From Candidatus Aenigmatarchaeota archaeon (GTDB lineage: Archaea > Aenigmatarchaeota > Aenigmatarchaeia > GW2011-AR5): a stretch of 64,000 nt of DNA. This document shows, piece after piece, positions 36,225 through 46,054 of this stretch; the stretch's first letter is position 1, and each line of letters starts with the position of its first letter. The notes under the pieces were generated by a model. That model was given only the letters and a program-made list of their open reading frames with translations, made no database searches and was not told the DNA's origin. The stretch is from the NCBI GenBank assembly GCA_016180945.1, contig JACPAG010000003.1, forward strand, positions 39,312 to 103,311, in the 5' to 3' direction. The position numbers were made by a program, and so were the translations under genes.

Positions 36225-38549
36225 TTACCAGTCCAGAGGCCTTTTCCACGCCTCCCTTAATTCCTCTATATCCGCATCAATAATTTTTTTGCCGTTTGAC
36301 CGGACAACAAATTTTTTCTCGTCTGTTGTATAACCTATCTCTGTTCCATTGCCGTTCATAGCAGCCTCGAATTCTTCTTTCATCTCCGGGTCGACTTCCA
36401 CAATGAACCTGCTGTTGGATTCGGAAAACAGAATGCTGTCATTCCTCGTCCCTATTTTTTTCAGGTCTATTTCCGCGCCAAGATCGCCGGCAAAAGCCAT
36501 CTCGGCCGCAGCAACGGCCAGCCCGCCTTCCGAGCAGTCATGGCAGGATTTTACCATGCCCATGGATGTTGCATTGCCGAGGCTGTCGAATATCAGCTTT
36601 GCTTTTTTTGCATCCACCTTTGGAACGTTGTTTCCGGTATAGCCGCGCAAATAATAGTATTGCGAGCCGCCCAGTTCGTCCAGCGTCTCGCCTATGATGT
36701 ACACAAGATTGTCTGCTTTTTTGAAATCCATTGATACCGCCTTTTTGATGTCGGGCATGACAGAAATTGCAGATATCAGCAGCGTTATCGGAACAGACAC
36801 TGTCCTGTTCCCGGTTTTTATTTCGTTGTGCAGGCTGTCCTTGCCGGATATAAACGGCACGCCAAAGCCGGTGGAAAAATCATAACACCCTTTGGCAGCG
36901 CGGACAAGGTCGCCTAATTTTTCTTCATTCGGCCTGCCAAGGCAGAAATTATCCAGGATAGCCGTTTGTTTGAGCGAGCCGCCCACTGCTATGATATTCC
37001 GCAGCGCTTCATCTATTCCGCTGGCTGCCATCCAATACGGGTCTATTAATCCGTACAGCGGATTGGTTCCGTTGGAAACTATTATACCCCTGTCAGAATC
37101 AAAGAACGGCCGTACAATAGACGCGTCGCCCGGTCCGTCATTGTAAACGCCCTGCAGCGGCTTCAGTACACTAGTCCCCTGTACCTCGTGGTCGTATTGC
37201 CGGACAACGAATTCCTTGCTGCATACCGTCCACGAAGAAAGAATTCTTTTTAGACATCCTGTCAGGTCCTTTTCTCCGTCCGGTTCAGGAAAGTTTTTTT
37301 TCCTCCATACAGCCCTTTTGGTGGTCACCGGATTTCCGTTGTGCAGAAAATTGCAGTCAAGCACACAGACAATTTTCCCCTTGAAGCGCAGCGTTATTTT
37401 TTTGTCGCTGGTGAACTTTCCGATAACCGCTGCTTCGACGTCCTCGCCTTTGCAGACGTCCAAAAATTCCCTTAGGTTCGGCGGTTTCACGGCAACTATC
37501 ATCCTTTCCTGGGATTCCGAGACCCATATTTCCCATGGTTCCAGTCCGGCGTATTTCAGCGGGGCTTTTTCCAAATCCACCAGACAACCCGTATCCCTGG
37601 CCATTTCCCCGACAGCAGATGAAAAACCTCCTGCGCCGCAATCGGTTATGCAGCTATAAAGGCCGCTGTCCCTTGCCTGAAGAATCGCATCAAGAACCTT
37701 TTTCTCTTCTATCGGGCTTCCTATCTGCACGGCGCTCGTAGGGCTTGTTTCTTCCAGTTCTGTAGAAGAGAACGTCGCGCCGTGTACGCCATCCCTGCCG
37801 GTGCGGCCGCCTACGGCAACAATCAAATCGCCGGGCATCGCCTTTTTCTTGTGCATGTTCTTTGGCATTATGCCCGCTGTGCCGCAGAAAACCAGCGGTG
37901 CAAGGAACGATTCATGAAAATGTATCGAGCCGTTTATGGTAGGAATGCCCATAGGATTGCCGTAATCCCTGACGCCCGCAACGACGCCTAAAAATATCCT
38001 CTTTGGGTGAAGCACGCCTTCCGGCGGCTTCATGTCAGGAGGTGCAAAGCAGAAAACATCCGTGTTGAAAATGGGCTTTGCGCCAAGTCCTGCTCCGAGT
38101 ACGTCCCGAATAACGCCGCCTACGCCGGTCCCCGCCCCTCCGTACGGGTCCAAAGCAGAAGGATGATTATGTGTCTCGACCTTGAAAGCGATATCGTGGT
38201 CCCCGTCAAAAGAAATTATGCCGGCATTGTCGGAAAAAACAGAGACAAGAAAATCGTTTTTTAACTTTTCAGTCGCCCCCCTGATGTACGTTCTGAAAAG
38301 GCTGTTTATAATCTCCTTTTTCCCGGTCTCTTCGTATTCTATAACCCCGTTGAAGATTTTGTGCTTGCAATGCTCGCTCCACGTCTGGGCTATAGTTTCT
38401 AGCTCGACATCCGTCGGATTCCTTTTAAGTTTTTTATAGTAGCTTTGTATGGCTTTCATCTCTTCCAGACTGAGGGATAAAAGCATGCGTTTGCTGATTT
38501 CTTCGAGTTCAGCATCATCCTTGTTCAAAATGCTTATTTCATTGTTCAT
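36225..38549 (-). CDS. purL: FGAM synthase subunit PurL
   Basis: AIR-synthase-related duplicated domains and SEHCKHK-like motifs. Start at Met23 of the ORF-track ORF. Confidence 0.85.
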   Translation of the reverse strand: MNNEISILNKDDAELEEISKRMLLSLSLEEMKAIQSYYKKLKRNPTDVELETIAQTWSEHCKHKIFNGVIEYEETGKKEIINSLFRTYIRGATEKLKNDFLVSVFSDNAGIISFDGDHDIAFKVETHNHPSALDPYGGAGTGVGGVIRDVLGAGLGAKPIFNTDVFCFAPPDMKPPEGVLHPKRIFLGVVAGVRDYGNPMGIPTINGSIHFHESFLAPLVFCGTAGIMPKNMHKKKAMPGDLIVAVGGRTGRDGVHGATFSSTELEETSPTSAVQIGSPIEEKKVLDAILQARDSGLYSCITDCGAGGFSSAVGEMARDTGCLVDLEKAPLKYAGLEPWEIWVSESQERMIVAVKPPNLREFLDVCKGEDVEAAVIGKFTSDKKITLRFKGKIVCVLDCNFLHNGNPVTTKRAVWRKKNFPEPDGEKDLTGCLKRILSSWTVCSKEFVVRQYDHEVQGTSVLKPLQGVYNDGPGDASIVRPFFDSDRGIIVSNGTNPLYGLIDPYWMAASGIDEALRNIIAVGGSLKQTAILDNFCLGRPNEEKLGDLVRAAKGCYDFSTGFGVPFISGKDSLHNEIKTGNRTVSVPITLLISAISVMPDIKKAVSMDFKKADNLVYIIGETLDELGGSQYYYLRGYTGNNVPKVDAKKAKLIFDSLGNATSMGMVKSCHDCSEGGLAVAAAEMAFAGDLGAEIDLKKIGTRNDSILFSESNSRFIVEVDPEMKEEFEAAMNGNGTEIGYTTDEKKFVVRSNGKKIIDADIEELREAWKRPLDW

Positions 38550-38607
38550 TTCCAAAACACCTAATATGATGGAATTCGCCTTACGGCAGTAATGGAAATC
38601 AGAGGCC

Positions 38608-39060
38608 CTACGCACCCTTGACCTTACTTTGTCTTTTGATTGTATAGTACTGTATTAACGTATTTGCAAGCAGTTTTTCGCAGATTATTTTTACCTGCGC
38701 TTCCGGCAGTTTTCCTTTTATTGCATAAGCCTTTGCCGTTTTTACATGCGGCTTTTTGCCGAGTATATCGGCAATCCCTTCCGCCGTTGCCTGGGCAGCG
38801 TTGTCTGTAACGCCTTCTAAAAAGCCGACTTCTACGAGCCAGTCATAATCAGAAAAAAAAGCATCCGAATACGACTGGGTTATTTTGTCCGTTAACAATT
38901 CCCTTGCCACGCGTCCCGCTTCCTTCGCCGTCAGGTCAATCACATAAACATCAGCCGTTCTTACAGACTGGACGGCTATATTTAGGTCGTTCCGTATCGC
39001 CGCCTTAATATGCTCGCCAAATCCGTCCTTTCGGGTGAATCCTACTTCTATCCGTGCCAT
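38608..39060 (-). CDS. purS: PurS-like protein, apparently two tandem PurS domains
   Basis: C-terminal ...KIICEKLLANTLIQYYTIK matches the PurS ending (LLANPVIEDY). The N-terminal half repeats the fold pattern. Confidence 0.5.
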   Translation of the reverse strand: MARIEVGFTRKDGFGEHIKAAIRNDLNIAVQSVRTADVYVIDLTAKEAGRVARELLTDKITQSYSDAFFSDYDWLVEVGFLEGVTDNAAQATAEGIADILGKKPHVKTAKAYAIKGKLPEAQVKIICEKLLANTLIQYYTIKRQSKVKGA

Positions 39061-39072
39061 AAAAATCCTCGT

Positions 39073-39630
39073 TTACTTTTCCCTGATGTAAAACAGCATC
39101 AAAGTTGAAATGAAAATTATTGATGCAGTCACGTAAAATATTATTTTGAAGCCCATCTGCCCAACTACGAAGCCGCCGCCCATCATCGAGAGTGCCGCCA
39201 TAATTCCGACTATTGCATGGTATCTGCCTATATCCGCGCCCCTTTTTGCCTTCTTTGTGATATCGCCTAAAAATGTGGCTTCCATCGTAGCCTGCATGGA
39301 GCTTGTAACCCCGTTTATAATCTGCAGAATATACAACTGCACTAACGATGTTATTAAAGTATATGCGAATACAACGCCCGTTAAAATAAATCCCCCTACA
39401 ATCAGAAACACTTTTCTGCCAACCTTGTCAGAATACCTGCCTACGTAATAGGAAGTTATTGATTGTGCAAGCATCATAAGCCCTATGGCGAACCCGAATT
39501 GTTCTATGCTCCCGCCGAAATCCTGCAAAAATATAATCCAGAACGGCACGAACAAACCTGACGCAAATGCCAATATGGAATTTGAAAACAGGAAAAGCCT
39601 GTAATTTCCTAATCTGCTTAGCATAATCAT
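39073..39630 (-). CDS. Half-size MFS-like membrane protein (6 TM) inside the pur operon
   Basis: MFS motif A GRYSDKVGRK. Only 185 aa. Confidence 0.45.
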   Translation of the reverse strand: MIMLSRLGNYRLFLFSNSILAFASGLFVPFWIIFLQDFGGSIEQFGFAIGLMMLAQSITSYYVGRYSDKVGRKVFLIVGGFILTGVVFAYTLITSLVQLYILQIINGVTSSMQATMEATFLGDITKKAKRGADIGRYHAIVGIMAALSMMGGGFVVGQMGFKIIFYVTASIIFISTLMLFYIREK

Positions 39631-40631
39631 CCCAGAACAATTCTTTTGCCTTTGTACAGCGCTACAATGCCTTTGCTTGTCACCGTTCCTATGACTTCGC
39701 TCTGGACATGTTTGTTGAGAATACCCAGTGCATTATCAGCATTCCACTTGTTTACGACAACGGCAAATCCCCATCCCATGTTGAACGTCCTCAGCATCTC
39801 CTTGTCATTTATGCGGCCTGTTTTTTGTATCAGGTCAAAGAGAGGCTGCGGCCTGAAATTATAAAACTCAAAGCCGGCGCTGATTTTGCCGAACTTCAGG
39901 TAGGCGTCGCCTGTTATGTTAACCGCAGCGAGAACATTGACGTTCTTGCACAAATCCAGAACAGGCTTTACATATATGGCCGTCGGCTCCAGGCATTCAA
40001 GCACAAGCTCTTTGTCAAATCCGTCTATTGTTTTGAACCTGTCAAAAGCCCCGCCCCATTTTTTGAACAGGACTTTTCTGGCCAGGGAAAATCCGTTTGA
40101 ATGAAGGCCGGAACTCCTGAGTCCTATAACTATATCCCCTACTTTGACGCTTCCCCTTATGATTTTATCCTTTTCAACCTCGCCAACGCAGTCGCAGTTT
40201 ATGTGGTAGTCTGCGTTCAGCAGCTCAGGCACATCAGCCGTTTCGCCGCCGACTAACGAACATCCAGCCTCTTCCGCGCCGGCCTTTAACCCTTTATACA
40301 ATTCTCTTATCGTGCGCGGCAATGATTTTTTTATGTCTATTATGTCCGTAACAGCCAGCGGCTCCGCCCCGCATCTTATGCAGTCATTGGCGACATTTGC
40401 CACGGCGTCTATGCCTATGGTATCGTGCTTGTTTGCCAGCTGCGCCAGCAGGACTTTTGTGCCGACGCCGTCCGCCGTCTTGACAAAATATCTGCCATCC
40501 ATAGGATACAATAGATTGAAGGGCGTCTTGACAAGTTTTCCGTATTTCGAAGCCGGATTAAAATCCATGTATTTTTTTGCCGCGCTTCTTACTTTCCTGT
40601 CAACACCGGCGGCAGAATACGTTTTAGCCAT
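39627..40631 (-). CDS. purM: AIR synthetase PurM
   Basis: AGVDRKV..., DGVGTKVLLA, and AIRS N- and C-terminal domains. Confidence 0.85.
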   Translation of the reverse strand: MAKTYSAAGVDRKVRSAAKKYMDFNPASKYGKLVKTPFNLLYPMDGRYFVKTADGVGTKVLLAQLANKHDTIGIDAVANVANDCIRCGAEPLAVTDIIDIKKSLPRTIRELYKGLKAGAEEAGCSLVGGETADVPELLNADYHINCDCVGEVEKDKIIRGSVKVGDIVIGLRSSGLHSNGFSLARKVLFKKWGGAFDRFKTIDGFDKELVLECLEPTAIYVKPVLDLCKNVNVLAAVNITGDAYLKFGKISAGFEFYNFRPQPLFDLIQKTGRINDKEMLRTFNMGWGFAVVVNKWNADNALGILNKHVQSEVIGTVTSKGIVALYKGKRIVLG

Positions 40632-40689
40632 GCTTTAACAATTCCGTGAAAGAATTTATAGTTAACCAAGGAAACAAATAGGGTATTAC

Positions 40690-40865
40690 TTCCTTGGTTT
40701 ACTACACGCAGAAAACAAAGTTTTCTGGTGCACCAACTCGAGGAAAGCAAAGCTTTCCTGAGTCTCCAGAAACCTCTGTTTCTGAGAGAAAAGCTTTGCT
40801 TTTTGAGTGTATGTAAAACCAGAAATATTATATGCTTATTCTTTTCTGGTTTCACTATAAAAACG
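40690..40865 (-). repeat. R2 composite palindromic repeat, inverted copy
   Basis: Its reverse complement is near-identical to 52297-52540 across three blocks: TTTATAGTGAAACCAGAAAAGAAT...TTTCTGGTTTTACATACAC, then GGAGACTCAGGAAAGCTTTGC, then TTTCCTCGAGTTGGTGCACCAGAAAACTTTGTTTTCTGCGTGTAG. Confidence 0.7.
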
Positions 40866-40868
40866 AAT

Positions 40869-41807
40869 TTAATCTGGATTTGGATTAAATACCACATTTT
40901 CGGTATTATTTCTAAATGCATTCTCCATTAACACCTGTTCCCCAAGCTTGTCATAGCTTGTTTTTTCAAAGAAGGAAACAGCATCGTCAAATCCTTCTAT
41001 TGTATTGTTTTTTATTGTAGGGAAGCCGCTGCCGACAATTATCCCTCCCCACCCTGCTTTGTAACCCCCCGGATTCTTGAATCTTGGGCTGGGGCCAAAC
41101 CGGTTATTGATTATAGTCGGTGAGCTTCTTAGTATGTCTACGACTTCATGCCCGGAGTCATGAACCCAATTATTCTCGATTAAAATATCTGTGCTGTCGT
41201 GGATGCATATGGGGCACTCCCCGACATTGTGGAGTTCACTGTTCGTCAGGTTAGCCCCTGTCTTCAGGTCCATGGCCCTGTAATCCCTTATTTCCGCATA
41301 GGAGACGACCCCGCTTTCTATATGAAACGTGTTCCAGTCGTATCTTGTCGGCTCTGGGCTGCCTGACTTTATTAGGATTTTATTATCCCGAGTTCCGGTC
41401 GCATTCAGGAAACCTTCAATCCATATTGTAACATGGTTTTCTTCATCCCTGTAGGGCTCTCCTTGGTGAATATACTGGTCCCTTTCCTTGGCAATGCCCT
41501 TCTTCAGCCAGAAAGGAATTGTCATCAAATTGCCGGCGTCTTTATTGGCAGCAACCAGAACTTTTGTCCCCGGCTTTATTATCAGCTTGACACCCTTGGG
41601 CACTATGATGTCTCCGGCAACGCGAATCTCGCCTGACCAGACCTCATCCGAAGTTATGTAGCCGAGCCTTTCCGTATCAGCCATCTCATTTACGCTGTCC
41701 GAAGCTTTGGGGTATACCGCATCAAATGCAACCTTTCCGACGGCCGCTGCAACAGCAATAAAAACAACAGCAAAAACGGCACGGAAAATCTTTTTCCCGA
41801 CTTTCAT
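40869..41807 (-). CDS. Secreted or membrane-anchored protein with right-handed beta-helix (pectate-lyase-like) repeats
   Basis: N-terminal signal anchor and repeated GxNxxI/NN motifs. Confidence 0.45.
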   Translation of the reverse strand: MKVGKKIFRAVFAVVFIAVAAAVGKVAFDAVYPKASDSVNEMADTERLGYITSDEVWSGEIRVAGDIIVPKGVKLIIKPGTKVLVAANKDAGNLMTIPFWLKKGIAKERDQYIHQGEPYRDEENHVTIWIEGFLNATGTRDNKILIKSGSPEPTRYDWNTFHIESGVVSYAEIRDYRAMDLKTGANLTNSELHNVGECPICIHDSTDILIENNWVHDSGHEVVDILRSSPTIINNRFGPSPRFKNPGGYKAGWGGIIVGSGFPTIKNNTIEGFDDAVSFFEKTSYDKLGEQVLMENAFRNNTENVVFNPNPD

Positions 41808-41880
41808 ATTTTTAACATAGTGCCCGTCCTTATTTGAAGCTTTATAAACATCATTTTAAAAATATGCCACTGCAAATAAC

Positions 41881-42048
41881 CTTATGCTTAAAAAAGAGCT
41901 TTTGGACATCCTCGCCTGCCCCAAATGCAAGGGAGACATAGAATACGACAAAAAGAAGAACAAGCTCCTGTGCCGCAAATGCCGCCTTAAATACAGCGTT
42001 CTTGAAGGCGACATCCCGGACATGCTGATAGAAGACGCGGAGAAGTTT
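41881..42048 (+). CDS. Trm112-like small zinc-ribbon protein, 55 aa; not in the ORF track; coordinates +/-3
   Basis: Translation is MLKKELLDILACPKCKGDIEYDKKKNKLLCRKCRLKYSVLEGDIPDML. The stop overlaps the next ATG (TGATG). Confidence 0.5.
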
Positions 42049-42389
42049 TGATGCCTTTTATTCCTGGCTTCTTAAGAGGACGTCGAGGAAATTATTCCAC
42101 TCCTCAGGAGCCTAAGACAATAGGTGTAGAAATGGGTATAGTACTAGTTACTGCCGATGGTCTCGAATCACCTCCTTATTTCTTCTGGGCCAATTGGAAT
42201 TATTCGGCAAGTGGCAAAGTAGTCGTGAGAGGCAAAGAATATCCATTACAAAGAAATGTCGGAATTCCTGTTGATTTAGACCCCCGTGCCCCTGAAGTTA
42301 CTCTTGTATTGACAGACGGAAATGGAGGAGTATTTCGTAAAACTAGGTTATACGATCCGGACTCCCCTGACCACTTAAAAGACGCCTAA
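42048..42389 (+). CDS. Hypothetical protein (orphan-like, AT-rich codon usage)
   Basis: 113-aa ORF coupled to the Trm112-like gene. Confidence 0.35.
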   Translation: MMPFIPGFLRGRRGNYSTPQEPKTIGVEMGIVLVTADGLESPPYFFWANWNYSASGKVVVRGKEYPLQRNVGIPVDLDPRAPEVTLVLTDGNGGVFRKTRLYDPDSPDHLKDA

Positions 42390-42604
42390 TTTATTCCTTG
42401 CGCCAGTTTTAATATTTCTGATTATAAGTAATTTTTCAGTAAGGGAAATCTACAAAGAGCGAAGCTCTTTGAGATGCCAAAGGATTTCTTAATCCTTTGA
42501 GCATGAGTATGAGATAGAGAGAAACCAATTCATAATGGAAGTAGGGTTGATAAGGAATAAAAGGGAATTGGGATGATAAGGGAAAACCGTAGGTTTGCCC
42601 TTAT

Positions 42605-42731
42605 GCTGAGATGGCGGAGCTTGGTCCAACGCGCAAGCCTGGAACGGCCCTTTTCTGCGGAAAAGCGCCGGCGGAAAAACGGCAAGCTTGTATGCCTCGT
42701 GCATGCGGGAGTTCAAATCTCCCTCTCAGCG
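42605..42731 (+). tRNA. tRNA-Ser(GGA) with a ~40-nt intron at the canonical 37/38 position (about 42645-42684)
   Basis: Acceptor stem GCTGAGA/TCTCAGC is perfect. U8, a 3-bp D stem, anticodon stem CAAGC/GCTTG, loop CU-GGA-A, a 16-nt variable arm (ATGC-CTCGT-GCAT), T arm GGGAG-TTCAAAT-CTCCC and discriminator G. Confidence 0.6.
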
Positions 42732-42843
42732 CTGACATGGATTGTAATTTTCTGTATAGAGTGTTGATTAGAATTAAGGCTTACTTGCAGAAAGTCAAAG
42801 CTGAAAAGGATATATATTTAATCACCCATCAATAAAGTTACCT

Positions 42844-44235
42844 ATGCGTCCTGTGCTTGCGAATCTGGGGTTTGTTCTGCAGATTGGCGGGTTCTTCATA
42901 ACATTGCCTGTCGCAGTTGCTTTTTTCTACAACGAAACCCAGCCGCTGATTGCGTTTTTTATAACAGGTTTCGCGCTTTTTATACTGGGTTTTTTATTGA
43001 ACGCGTTCTCCGAAAGGAAGGAAATGGACATAAAGTCATCTTCTATTCTAATCACGGCGACATTCTTCCTTTTAGGGCTTTTCGGTTCTATCCCGTATTT
43101 CTATATTAACATGTTTAATGACGCGGATATTTTCGCGCGATTTACAAATAACTATTTTGAGAGCATATCCGGCTACACGACAACCGGCTTCAGCCTGTTA
43201 ACGAATATAGATTCCCTTCCCAAATCAATAGTATTTTACCGCGGTCTGACGCAGTTCATAGGAGGTTTGGGGATAGTTTTTATACTGCTGGCCTTTTTCT
43301 ACAAAGGCGACACCATAGACTATCTTAGGCGGGTAATGGGGTTGTTAAAGGTCACGGATAGCATAAAAAAATCATTTTTATACGTGCTGGCTATTTACAG
43401 CTTCTATATAGCCGTATTCACAGCCGCTCTGTATTTCCTCGGCTTTACAGACCTTGTAAATACGGTATCCGTGGTTTTCGGTTCCCTCATGACAGGGGGA
43501 CTGTCGCCCGTAAGCGACTTTTCCAGATTTTTGGTATTTCCGGCAAATATAATAATAATTCTTAGCATGTTCTTGGGAGCGACAACATTCGCAATACACT
43601 TCAGGCTTCTTACAGGAAAATTCAGAAAGGCAATGACAAGCGAGCTTATCGCTTTTATTTTGATAATCTTAGGGTTTACAGCACTCCTGACATTCTACTA
43701 TAACATCGAAGCCTCCTTATCCCTTTTCACTGTTGTAAGCGCGTCTTCTACCACCGGCTATAGTACAGTGAACATTTCGGCGTTTAGTGAAACGCTTAAG
43801 ATAATCTTTGTATTTCTGATGATAATAGGAGGTACCAGCGTTTCGACAGCGGGCGGCATGAAAATCTTGAGGCTGTTGGTATACCTGAAAGCTGTGCCGT
43901 GGGCTGTAAGATGGGCTGTATACGGAAAAGAGCAAAAATTTGTGTTTGACGAAAGGGAATTTACGCCGTCAGAAATAATACTCAGCTTGTTGGTAACGCT
44001 GATGGCATTGACCACTATAGTAGTTTCTGCAGTTATCTTTACGGCCGCCGGCTTTCCTTTCATAAACTCCTTGTTTGAATCCGCCTCTGCGTTCGCAACT
44101 GCCGGCTTGTCAACAGGAATAGTGTCTCTGTCTCTGGCCCCCGCCTTGAAATGGCTGCTGGCTCTTGTAATGATATTGGGCAGAATAGAGATAATACCTT
44201 TCCTGATTATATTCACAAGAAAGAAGGCGACTTAA
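42844..44235 (+). CDS. trkH: TrkH/KtrB-family potassium transporter
   Basis: Repeated pore-loop motifs GYTTTGFS, TTGYST, GGMK, AGLSTG. Confidence 0.75.
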   Translation: MRPVLANLGFVLQIGGFFITLPVAVAFFYNETQPLIAFFITGFALFILGFLLNAFSERKEMDIKSSSILITATFFLLGLFGSIPYFYINMFNDADIFARFTNNYFESISGYTTTGFSLLTNIDSLPKSIVFYRGLTQFIGGLGIVFILLAFFYKGDTIDYLRRVMGLLKVTDSIKKSFLYVLAIYSFYIAVFTAALYFLGFTDLVNTVSVVFGSLMTGGLSPVSDFSRFLVFPANIIIILSMFLGATTFAIHFRLLTGKFRKAMTSELIAFILIILGFTALLTFYYNIEASLSLFTVVSASSTTGYSTVNISAFSETLKIIFVFLMIIGGTSVSTAGGMKILRLLVYLKAVPWAVRWAVYGKEQKFVFDEREFTPSEIILSLLVTLMALTTIVVSAVIFTAAGFPFINSLFESASAFATAGLSTGIVSLSLAPALKWLLALVMILGRIEIIPFLIIFTRKKAT

Positions 44236-44327
44236 ATCTGGCGTATGTAAATATCTAAGTTATCTTTATTTGTGGTAATGTGTATAGTAATGCAGGAATC
44301 CAAAAACAGTGGTTATCAAGAAATAAT

Positions 44328-44359
44328 ATGGCAATCGACTTTTGCCGGAGCAAAAGGGG
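44328..44359 (+). promoter_or_regulatory. Leader motif copy (ATGGCAATCGAC-TTTTGC-CGGA-GCAAAA-GGGG) ending at the CBS gene ATG
   Basis: Exact motif. Confidence 0.6.
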
Positions 44360-44797
44360 ATGTTTGGCGGGATAATAAAAAATTACAAGCTGGCAGAAAT
44401 TGCGGAGAAATGCGACTCCATAAGCGCGAAAGCTACCGTTCTGGACTTCGTAAATCTCGCGCGGCAGAAAAACGCAGAGGTCATGCCTGTTGTTGATGAG
44501 GATGAAAGAGTAATCGGGATAGTAACGGAAAAAGACCTTCTCAAGCTGGTTAAGATAGAAGGACCGGCATCCAACTATCCTATTATAGAGAAAAGCCTGC
44601 CTAAAGAAGTGGTTAACAGGCCCATAACATCTATAATGACACAAAATCCTGTTCTGCTGAAAGAAACGTCATCTCTTGAAGACGCCATGAACCTGATCCT
44701 GAACCATGACTTCAGGCGAGTTATCGTAGTCGATTCGCAGAACCGCCTTGTCGGCAAGCTGAGGATTGCCGACATTATACATCAGCTTTCTAAGTGA
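44360..44797 (+). CDS. CBS-domain pair protein
   Basis: Two CBS motifs. Start set at the ATG following GGGG. Confidence 0.7.
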   Translation: MFGGIIKNYKLAEIAEKCDSISAKATVLDFVNLARQKNAEVMPVVDEDERVIGIVTEKDLLKLVKIEGPASNYPIIEKSLPKEVVNRPITSIMTQNPVLLKETSSLEDAMNLILNHDFRRVIVVDSQNRLVGKLRIADIIHQLSK

Positions 44798-44825
44798 GTA
44801 CAAAATGCAAATAAAAATAGATAAT

Positions 44826-44893
44826 ATGGCATACGACTATGGCGCTTATAGCGACAGAGGGGTATTTGGCGCTTATAGCGACAGAGGGGTATT
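44826..44893 (+). promoter_or_regulatory. Leader motif copy with an internally duplicated tail
   Basis: ATGGCATACGAC-TATGGCGCTTATAGCGACAGAGGGGTATT, then GGCGCTTATAGCGACAGAGGGGTATT repeated, then ATG. Confidence 0.6.
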
Positions 44894-46045
44894 ATGACAG
44901 ACCTGTTTCTTGGAATAGCAATCCTTTTGTTTTCTGCCAAATTATTAGGCGAACTTTTCGAGCGGCTTAACCTTTCTTCGCTGGTAGGGGAAATTTTTGC
45001 AGGCATAATAGTCGGCCCTGTTCTCGGGCTTGTAATGCCGTCAGAAGACTTGCGCCTGGTCACGAATTTCGGTATTCTGCTGCTGCTGTTTTTGATAGGG
45101 CTTTCTACAAAGTTTGACGAGGTGAAGAGCAACGTTTATGTCGGAAGCGCCCTTGCAATAGGCGGCTGCACCCTTGCGTTTCTGGGAGGCTTTTTAGTCG
45201 GCTATCTGGTTTTCAACAGCGTTCAGGTAGGCATAATACTCGGCGTTGCAGTCATATCAACAAGCACCGCCATAACGTTGCGTTCGCTCACTGACATAGG
45301 CGCCTTCCAGTCGAAGCCTTACAAGCTGGCACTGGCGATAGACATAGCAGACGAGGTCATAGCTATAATGGCGCTGGCTTTGCTGACAAGCTATTTCTCT
45401 TTTGGGGCTGTTGAGATATGGAAGGTTGTGACATTGTTCCTAGCAGTATTGGGCTTCTTCTTTTTCATCCTCACCGCCGGCTCAAAGATTTTAGGAAAGT
45501 TCCTGTCATTGTTCCAGACAATGCGCGACGAGCAGATCGTGCTTTCCATACCGCTTGTCATCCTTTTCTTTATAGCATTTGTCAGCGAGCATGTCGGTGT
45601 CGCCGCCGTAACAGGCGCGTTTCTTGCAGGAGTCGCAATAAACAAATCCCCCCTCGTCGAGCCTGTAATTGTGCCCAAAGTCAAGGCAATGTCTTACGGA
45701 TTTTTCGTCCCGATGTTTTTCGCCTATTCGGCCGTTCTTTTGGACGTGAAATCAGTCATAACGTTCTTCCCGGCCATACTAGCACTAATAGCAACCGTTT
45801 CTTTAGGAAAAGTTCTTGGGTGCGGATTTCTGGCCAAATATTTCGGTTATAACGGTTTTGACCAGAAACTCATAGGCATAGGCATGATACCGCACGGCGA
45901 ATATAGCATCATCATCGCCCAGCTGGCCCTGCTCGGCGGCTTCATAAAGCCGGAGCTGTACACAATCGTAATAGCGTTTGTTATCATAAGCATCGTCATT
46001 ACGCCCCTGCTGCTGAAACTGGTAAACGGCAGGAATAGGTTTTAA
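44894..46045 (+). CDS. Cation:proton antiporter (CPA/Kef/NapA-type)
   Basis: 383 aa with ~12 TM helices and the CPA motif GEIFAGIIVGP. Confidence 0.7.
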   Translation: MTDLFLGIAILLFSAKLLGELFERLNLSSLVGEIFAGIIVGPVLGLVMPSEDLRLVTNFGILLLLFLIGLSTKFDEVKSNVYVGSALAIGGCTLAFLGGFLVGYLVFNSVQVGIILGVAVISTSTAITLRSLTDIGAFQSKPYKLALAIDIADEVIAIMALALLTSYFSFGAVEIWKVVTLFLAVLGFFFFILTAGSKILGKFLSLFQTMRDEQIVLSIPLVILFFIAFVSEHVGVAAVTGAFLAGVAINKSPLVEPVIVPKVKAMSYGFFVPMFFAYSAVLLDVKSVITFFPAILALIATVSLGKVLGCGFLAKYFGYNGFDQKLIGIGMIPHGEYSIIIAQLALLGGFIKPELYTIVIAFVIISIVITPLLLKLVNGRNRF

Positions 46046-46054
46046 ATATATTGA

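Noticed and set aside
42573-42835. Two ORFs (64 and 74 aa) at the tRNA locus
   Set aside because: They overlap a confidently folded tRNA-Ser and its intron.
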